A stretch of DNA of 64,000 bases from an uncultured beta proteobacterium (GTDB taxonomy: Bacteria > Pseudomonadota > Gammaproteobacteria > Burkholderiales > Burkholderiaceae_C). The stretch spans positions 13,406-77,405 of the forward strand of contig CAVRNE010000091.1 in NCBI GenBank assembly GCA_963722025.1. The letters are read 5' to 3'. Below, in pieces: positions 56,280 through 64,000 of this stretch. The notes beneath the pieces are model-generated. The model did not search any database and was not told the origin of the DNA. It saw nothing but the letters and a program-made list of their open reading frames with translations. Both the position numbers and the translations under genes were made by a program. Each line of letters begins with the position of its first letter. The stretch's first letter is position 1.

Positions 56280-59200
56280 ATGACCCAGGGACTGATCCGC
56301 ATCCGCGGCGCAAGGCAACACAACCTCAAGAATCTCGATCTCGACCTGCGCACCGGCCAGCTGACGGTGGTCACCGGGCCCAGCGGCTCGGGCAAGTCGA
56401 GCCTGGTATTCGACACCTTGTATGCCGAAGGCCAGCGCCGCTACGTCGAAACCTTCTCGGCCTACGCGCGCCAGTTCCTGGATCGCATGGACAAGCCGGC
56501 GGTCGATCGCGTGGAAGGCGTGCCCCCGGCCATCGCCATCGACCAGACCAACCCGGTCCGCTCCTCGCGCTCCACCGTGGGCACGATGACCGAGCTCAAC
56601 GATCACCTCAAGCTGCTGTTTGCCCGCGCGGGCCAGCTGTTCGATCGCAAGACCGCGTTGCCGGTGCGCCATGACACGCCGGAGAAGCATCTACGCTGAA
56701 CTGATGGCGCGCACGGCGGACGCCGACCCACGGCTGGTCGTGACGTTCCCGGTGGAACTGCCCGCGGGCACCTCCGCGGAGGAACTCGAGCAGTGGCTGG
56801 CTGCCAGCGGCTTCACGCGCGTGCAGGCCGAGCGCGAAGTCGCCACGCCCACCGGCCCGCGCAAGGTGCTCGACGTGGTGGCCGACCGCTTCCGCCTGCA
56901 CGCCACCGAAAAGTCGCGCGCGATCGAGGCGATCGAAGTGGCGCTGAAGCGGGGCGCGGGGCGCATGTCCGTGTACGTGGCGCAGGAAACTCGTCATTCC
57001 GGCCTCGAGCCGGAATCGCCGGCAGCCAATCGTCTGGAAGTTCTCCACCGGCCTGCATTGCCCCGAGAGCGACCTGCGCTACGCCGACCCCATCCCCTCG
57101 ATGTTCTCGTTCAATTCCGCGGTGGGCGCCTGCGAAACCTGCCGCGGCTTCGGACGCGTGATCGGCGTCGACTATGGCCTGGTCATTCCCAACGACAAGC
57201 TCACGCTGCGCGCCGGCGCCATCAAGACCATGCAGACGCCGGCCTGGGCCGAAGCACAGGACGACCTGATGCGGCACGCCGAATCAGCCGGCATTCCTCG
57301 CGACACGCCCTGGTACAAGCTCACCGCCGAGCAGAAGGGCTGGGTGATCAACGGCACGCCGGGCTACAAGGACGGCAACTGGAACAAGCAGTGGTACGGC
57401 ATCAAGCGCTTCTTCGAGTACCTGGAGAGCAAGGCCTACAAGATGCATATCCGCGTGCTCTTGTCCAAGTACCGCAGCTACACGCCCTGCGAGGTCTGCG
57501 CCGGTGCCCGGCTCAAGACCGACAGCCTGCTGTGGCGCATCGGCAGCAAGGAAGATGCGGATGCGGTGATGGCAGCCGTCCAGGCGCTTCATGCCCGCGG
57601 GCGTGGACTGGACGCGCGAGCAGCTGGAGGCCTTGCCGGGCCTGTGCCTGCACGACCTGATGCTGATGCCGATCGACCGGCTGCGGAAGTTCTTCGATCG
57701 CGTCGAACCGGAGACCGAGGCCCACGCGGGCCAGGGCGACCTGCAAGCGCTGAAGCTGTTGTTCGAGGAAATCACCACCCGGCTGAAGTACCTTGTCGAT
57801 GTCGGCATCGGCTACCTCACGCTGGACCGGCAGAGCCGCACCCTTTCCGGCGGCGAGGTGCAACGCATCAACCTGACCACGGCGCTGGGCACCTCGCTGG
57901 TGAACACGCTGTTCGTGCTCGATGAGCCCAGCATCGGCCTGCACCCGCGCGACATGAACCGCATCACCGAGGCGATGAAGCGGCTGCGCGACGCCGGCAA
58001 CACCCTGGTGGTGGTCGAGCACGATCCGGCAGTGATGCTGGCGGCCGACCGCATCATCGACATGGGGCCCGGGCCCGGCGAGCGCGGCGGCCAGATCGTC
58101 TTCGACGGCACTACGCAGAACCTGCGCAATGCCGACACGCTGACCGGCGCCTACCTGGGCGCGCGCAAGCATGTGGGCATGGGCTTCAAGCGGGCCGTGA
58201 CCGACGCCACGCCGCGCCTCATCCTGGAAGGCGCGCGCCAGCACAACCTCAAGAAACTGGCGGTGGAGTTTCCGCTGCAGCGGCTGGTCTGCGTCACCGG
58301 CGTTTCGGGTTCGGGCAAGTCCAGCCTGATCCAGGACGTGCTGGCGCCGGCACTGGCGCGCCACTTCGGCAAGGCCACGGAGACGCCGGGGCTGCATGAC
58401 CGCTTGCTCGGCGCCGATCACCTGAGCGATGTGGTGTTCGTCGACCAGTCGCCGATCGGCAAGACGGCGCGCTCGAACCCGGTGAGCTATGTCGGCGCCT
58501 GGGACGCGATCCGCGAGATCTTCGCCAACTCGGGGCTGGCCCGCCAGCGCGGCTACACCGGCTCCAAGTTCAGCTTCAACAGCGGCGATGGGCGCTGCCC
58601 GACCTGCGGCGGCTCGGGCTTCGAGCACGTGGAGATGCAGTTCCTCTCGGACGTGTACCTGCGCTGCCCGGATTGCGATGGCAAGCGCTATCGGCCCGAA
58701 ATCCTGGAAGTGACGATCGAGCGCCAGCCCATCGGCGCGCCGCGACCCCGCATGCTGAACGTGGCGGACGTGCTGGATCTCACCGTGAGCGAGGCCGCTT
58801 CGCTGTTCGCCAACGACCGCGACGTGATCCGCGCTCTGCAGCCCATCGTGGACGTGGGCCTGGAATACGTGAAGCTGGGCCAGCCGGTGCCCACGCTGTC
58901 AGGCGGCGAATCGCAGCGCCTCAAGCTGGCGGGCTTCCTGGCGCAAGCCGCCAAGAGCGCTACCACCAGCCGGCAAGCCACCGCGACCCGCGGCGTGCTG
59001 TTCCTTTTCGACGAGCCGACCACCGGCCTGCACTTCGACGACATCGCCAAGCTCATGCGCGCCCTGCGCAAGCTGCTCGAAGGCGGCAACTCCATCGTCA
59101 TCATCGAGCACAACCTCGACGTGATACGCGCCGCCGACTGGCTGATCGACCTGGGCCCCGAAGGCGGCGACGCCGGTGGCTGGCTGGTGGCCGAGGGACC

Positions 59201-62117
59201 GCCGGAGGATGTCAAGCTGCATCCGAGTTCCCACACGGCGAAGGCGCTGCGCGAATACGACAGCACCTTGGGCGTCGGGCTCGCTCGGCGTCCGAGCCGC
59301 TGCAAGAGCTTGGGGGCAGGTTCGCAACCAGATCGCCCGAACACGAATCAACGCCATCCAGATCGTCAACGCCCGCGAACACAACCTCAAGTCGCTCTCG
59401 GTCGATATCCCGCACAACAAGTTCAGCGTGGTGACGGGCGTGTCCGGGCTCGGGCAAGTCGACGCTGGCCTTCGACATCCTGTTCAACGAAGGCCAGCGC
59501 CGGTACCTCGAATCGCTGAACGCCTATGCCCGCAGCATCGTGCAGCCGGCGGGACGGCCGGAGGTGGATGCCGTCTACGGCATCCCGCCAACGGTCGCGA
59601 TCGAGCAGCGGCTCTCGCGCGGCGGGCGCAAATCGACGGTGGGCACGACCACCGAGGTCTGGCATTTCCTGCGCCTGCTCTACGTCAAGCTGGGCGTGCA
59701 GCACTGCGTGCACGAGGGCGCCGAGGTGCGGCCGCAGACACCGGACAGCATCGCCGCGCAATTGATGAAGCGCTACAAGGGACAGCACATCGGCCTGCTG
59801 GCGCCGCTGGTGGTCAATCGCAAGGGCGTCTACACCGAGCTTGCCGATTGGGCGCGGCCGCGCGGCTACACGCATCTGCGGGTGGACGGCAACTTCCTGC
59901 CCACCACCGGCTTTCCCCGCATCGACCGCTTCAAGGAGCACACGATCGAATTGCCGGTGTGCGACCTGGACGTGACGCCGGCCAACGAGAACCTGCTGCG
60001 CGAAAAGCTCGCGCAGGCGCTGGAGCACGGCAAGGGCGTGCTGCACGTGCTGGCGCCGCTGGATGGGCTCAAGGGCGCGATGATGTCAGGCCTGGGTCGC
60101 ACCATCACATCGGCAAGATCGAGGTGTTCTCCACCCGGCGCGCCTGCCCGGTCTGCAGCACCAGCTATGCCGAACTGGACCCGCGCCTGTTCTCGTACAA
60201 CAGCAAGCACGGCTGGTGCCCCGATTGCGTGGGCACCGGCGTCAAGCTCACGCGCGAGCAGCGCAAGGCCTATGACGACACGATCCGCGACGACGACAAC
60301 AAGGGCCGCGAGCAGACCTTCGCCGAGCCGGAGGTCGAAGACGTGGCCGACGAGGCCTGTCCCTCATGCCAGGGCAGCCGCCTGAACCTGCAGGCGCGCA
60401 ACGTCAAGTTCGACAAGACCGGAATCTCGGAGATCGCCGCGCTGTCGGTGGTGGATGTGCGCCGCTGGATCGAAAGCCTGCAGGTCAAGGGCGTGCTGAG
60501 CACGCGCGAGGAGGGCATCGCCCGCGACCTGATCCCCGAGATCAGGAGCCGGCTGGAATTCCTGGAGGAAGTCGGCCTGGGTTACCTCACGCTGGACCGC
60601 GGCGCGCCCACGCTGTCCGGCGGCGAGGCGCAGCGCATCAGGCTGGCGGCGCAGCTCGGCTCGAACCTGCAGGGCGTCTGCTACGTGCTCGACGAGCCGA
60701 CGATCGGCCTGCATGCGCGCGACAACCAGATCCTGCTCAATGCCCTGCACAAGCTCGGCGACAAAGGCAACACGCTGGTGGTGGTGGAGCACGACGAGGA
60801 CACGATCCGCCGCGCCGATCACATCATCGACATCGGGCCCAGCGCCGGCAAGCGCGGCGGCCGCGTCGTCGCGCAGGGCTCGGCCAGTGACATCAGCGAC
60901 GTCGCGGAGTCGGTGACCGGCCGCTACCTGCTGCACGCCATGAAGCACCCGGTGAAGCCAGACGCGAGATGTTGCCCCACGCCGCACTCCGTGCTCGCTC
61001 CCCCCAAGGGGGCGTCCGGCCTTGGGGCGGCCCGGCGCAGGGACGGCCGAACCATGAATGGCTGGAATTGCGCGGCGCCGATTTGCACAACCTGCGCGAC
61101 GTGGATGTGGACGTGCCCCTGCGGCGGCTGGTCGCGGTCACCGGTGTTTCAGGCTCGGGCAAGTCGACGCTGGCGCGCGACGTCCTGCTGAACAACGTGC
61201 AGGCGGCCGTGCAGAAGCGCTACACCAAAGCGGGCCGCGATGCGGATGACGCGGGCAAGCACAAGGCCTGGGTCGGCTGCAAGGGCGTGGCAGGCTACCA
61301 GGTGATCGACCGTGTGCTGGAAGTGGACCAGACGCCCATCGGCAAGACGCCGCGTTCCTGCCCGGCCACCTATGTCGGCTTCTGGGACACGATCCGCAAG
61401 CTCTTCGCCGATACGCTGGAGGCGCGGGCGCGCGGCTATGCGGCCGGGCGCTTCTCCTTCAATACCGGCGAGGGCCGCTGCCCCACCTGCGAAGGCCAGG
61501 GCCTGCGCACCATCGGCATGAGCTTCCTGCCCGACGTGAAGGTGCCCTGCGAGTCCTGCCACGGCGCGCGCTTCAATCCGGAAACCCTTGCCGTCACCTG
61601 GCGAGGCAAGAGCATCGGCGATGTGCTGCAGATGGAAGTGGACGAGGCCGTGGACTTCTTCGCGGCCATGCCCAACATCAGCCATCCGCTGCAGCTGCTC
61701 AAGGACGTGGGCCTGGGCTACCTCACGCTGGGCCAGCCGTCGCCCACCCTTTCCGGCGGGGAGGCGCAGCGCATCAAGCTCGTGACCGAGCTGTCCAAGG
61801 TTCGCGACGACATCACGCGGCGCGGCCAGAAGCCGCCGCACACGCTGTATGTGCTGGACGAGCCCACCGTCGGCCTGCACATGGCCGACGTCGAAAAGCT
61901 GGTGCGGGTGTTGCACCGGCTGGTGGACGGCGGCCACAGCGTGGTGGTGATCGAGCACGACCTGGATGTGATCGCCGAGGCCGATTGGGTGATCGATCTC
62001 GGTCCCGAGGGCGGCAATGCCGGTGGCAAGGTGGTCGCCGCGGCCACGCCGGAGGCGTTGGTGGCCAAGGGAACGCACACCGGCAATGCGTTGGCACCGG
62101 TGTTGGCAAGAAGCTGA
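56280..62117 (+). CDS. uvrA: double-length excinuclease ABC subunit A (two fused UvrA units), about 7 frameshifts
   Basis: Four Walker A motifs G.SG.GKS, four LSGGE signatures, four DEP motifs, CxxC zinc fingers. Confidence 0.93.
56993..57017 (+). repeat. GTCAT-family half repeat inside uvrA
   Basis: GTCATTCCGGCCTCGAGCCGGAATC hairpin, read in frame as RHSGLEPES. Confidence 0.65.
60972..61047 (+). repeat. CCCCCCnAGGGGGC / CTTGGGGCGGCCCGGCG type repeat inside uvrA
   Basis: Read as [24 protein letters not shown] in an interdomain linker. Confidence 0.6.
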
Positions 62118-62179
62118 GGCAGGCCGATCAGCTTCGGCACGCTGCGAAAGACGACTTCCTACGACAAGGTTTTGCCGTC

Positions 62180-62222
62180 GTCCGACGGAGATCTGCGTGC
62201 AGTCCGACGGAGGTCTGCGTGC
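62180..62222 (+). repeat. 21-bp tandem direct repeat, period 22 bp
   Basis: GTCCGACGGAGATCTGCGTGC / GTCCGACGGAGGTCTGCGTGC, one mismatch. Confidence 0.8.
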
Positions 62223-62269
62223 GTACTGCTTAGCCTGAGGTATCTGAATTACCCTGCTGAGGTAGTGCC

Positions 62270-62764
62270 ATGAACATCATTTCTCGCAACCGCCTTTTGC
62301 CCGCCGTCGCCCTGGGTCTGCTCCTGTCCGCATGCGGCGGGGGCAGCGACGATCCCGAAGTGACCCCCATCGCGGCCACGCTGACCGTGACGGCCGCGAC
62401 CAACGCTTCCCTCAACGGCGTCTACACCACCAACACCGTGAGCCTGGCGGCCGTGGAAAAGATCAATCCGGTCGGCGGCGAACCCGAGGTGTGCAGCTTC
62501 CGCTTCTCCGGCCTGGCGGGTCCCGGCGGCACGATGAACGGCGACATCCGCTATCTGCCAGGCACCAACGCGCTGCGGGTGGTCTTCGTTGCCATCAACA
62601 GCATCGAGTTCAGCTCGCGCGATACCACGAACGCGGCGGTTGACCGCCCCAACAACGAGGTGGATTTCACCGGCAAGGTGCTCCCGGCTTCCACCGACGT
62701 GCCGTCGACCATCACCCTGAGCGGCAGCATGCCGATGCAGGGCAATCGACCCGAAGGCTGCTGA
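62270..62764 (+). CDS. putative lipoprotein
   Basis: Lipobox LSAC followed by GGG; beta-rich body. Confidence 0.8.
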   Translation: MNIISRNRLLPAVALGLLLSACGGGSDDPEVTPIAATLTVTAATNASLNGVYTTNTVSLAAVEKINPVGGEPEVCSFRFSGLAGPGGTMNGDIRYLPGTNALRVVFVAINSIEFSSRDTTNAAVDRPNNEVDFTGKVLPASTDVPSTITLSGSMPMQGNRPEGC

Positions 62765-62918
62765 AGGCGGTCGGCGTCTGCGCCTGGGCGTGGAATTTTT
62801 CGCGACTGTGTGTCCTTTTGCCTCGGGCTTCTCGGGGTAGACCCGCCCCCCCTCGCGGCAGGGGGGGCCGCCGCGCACGGCGGTCTTTAGGGTGTCTCCT
62901 GTAACCAGTGAGACATCT

Positions 62919-64000
62919 ATGCCCTCTCGTTCCTTCTCCCATCTTCGTCGCCGCGAATTGCTGGCCGCGGCCGGCGCGCTGACCTTGGCGGGCACCGCTC
63001 GCGCGTCGGCGGCCCCCGTGCGCATCGGCCAATCCCTCCCGCTCACGGGCCCCATCGCCGGGGTCGTGGGTCCCATCGCCCAGGGTCAGGCGGCGCTGCT
63101 GGAATCCGTCAATGCCGAAGGCGGCGTGCACGGCGCGAAGATCGAGCTGATCACGCTCGACGATGCCGCGCAGCCGGCACGCACGCTGGAAAACACCCGG
63201 ACGCTGCTGGACCAGCTCAACGTGGCCAGCCTGTTCGGCTATGGCTTCGTGCCGGGGTTGCTGAAGGCGCTGCCCCTGATCAACGAGCGCCGCGTGCCGC
63301 TGCTGGGCGTCTACAACGGCGCCGACATCTTGCGCGACCAGGCCAACCCCTGGTTGTTCACCACCACCGCGAGCCTGCGCGACGAGATCGCGGCGATGGT
63401 GCAGAACCTCACGACCCTCAACAGCCGCCGGCTGGCCGTGGTCTACCAGAACAACGAGCTGGGGCGCATGATGCTGCCGCAGATCGAGGCCGTGGTGGCG
63501 CAGTTCCAGGCCACGGCCGTCATCAAGCAACCCATAGAACCGGACGGCTCCAATGCAAAGGCCGCCGCCGCTGCCGTCACGGCCGCCGAACCGCAGGCCA
63601 TCCTGCTGCTGGCGACCGGCGCCGCCGTGCTGGGCTTCATGAAGGCGAGGCCGGACGATGCGCGCATGCCGGTCTACGCACTGTCGCTCGCCGGCTCGAC
63701 GGCCTTGCTCGAGCAGCTCGGCCCCAAGGCGCGCGGGATGGCCTTCACGCAGGTCGTGCCCTTTCCGACGCGCCAGACCACGTCGTTGGCTCGTCGCTTT
63801 GCTGCCGCCATGGCCTCGGCCAAGCTGGCCCCCACCTACGACCGCATGTGGGGCTACCTCAACGCCAGCATCCTGGTGGAAGTTCTCAAACGCAGCGGCC
63901 CGAAGCCGACGCCGGCGGGGATTGCCGCGGCCATCGAGCGCATGACCGATGTCGACATTGGCGGCTTCCGCGTCGGCTACAGCGGCCAGAAACACCACGG
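62919..64000 (+). CDS. LivJ-type ABC substrate-binding protein with Tat signal, runs off the window end
   Basis: MPSRSFSHLRRRELL, IGQSLPLTG, GGVHGAKI, LDD; missing from the ORF track because no stop is reached. Confidence 0.88.
   Translation, partial: MPSRSFSHLRRRELLAAAGALTLAGTARASAAPVRIGQSLPLTGPIAGVVGPIAQGQAALLESVNAEGGVHGAKIELITLDDAAQPARTLENTRTLLDQLNVASLFGYGFVPGLLKALPLINERRVPLLGVYNGADILRDQANPWLFTTTASLRDEIAAMVQNLTTLNSRRLAVVYQNNELGRMMLPQIEAVVAQFQATAVIKQPIEPDGSNAKAAAAAVTAAEPQAILLLATGAAVLGFMKARPDDARMPVYALSLAGSTALLEQLGPKARGMAFTQVVPFPTRQTTSLARRFAAAMASAKLAPTYDRMWGYLNASILVEVLKRSGPKPTPAGIAAAIERMTDVDIGGFRVGYSGQKHH

Noticed and set aside
62180-62222. Possible CRISPR array
   Set aside because: Only two adjacent copies, no spacers and no cas genes

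Overview
High-GC betaproteobacterial chromosome segment, most likely Comamonadaceae (Ramlibacter/Variovorax-like, inferred from gene order and protein sequences). In order: Sfp-type PPTase (partial); phhA-hppD with a divergent Lrp regulator; a core block (GNAT, corC, lnt, glyQS, gmhB, plsC, M48 peptidase); a LiuR-controlled leucine/isovalerate catabolic cluster split in two by about 15 kb of mixed accessory and stress genes (DGPF protein, GYD protein, a paralogous pair of unknowns, topoisomerase IB, a lipoprotein, an AtuA module, a methyltransferase, a Mut7-C RNase); an MFS transporter; a 4.7 kb islet bounded by a 17-bp direct repeat (multi-PAS kinase, Bug receptor, opp remnant); a double-length uvrA; and periplasmic binding proteins. 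Dozens of single-base frameshifts, including in glyS and lnt, point to long-read sequencing errors, so CDS coordinates are given as reconstructed spans. I saw no rRNA, tRNA, CRISPR array, transposase or integrase. I cannot point to one clearly novel multi-gene system. The best candidates are a nested-hairpin element at 39306-39546, palindromic repeats inserted inside uvrA, the direct-repeat islet, and the paralog pair plus TopIB neighbourhood that shares an upstream TCCTACRGCC motif.
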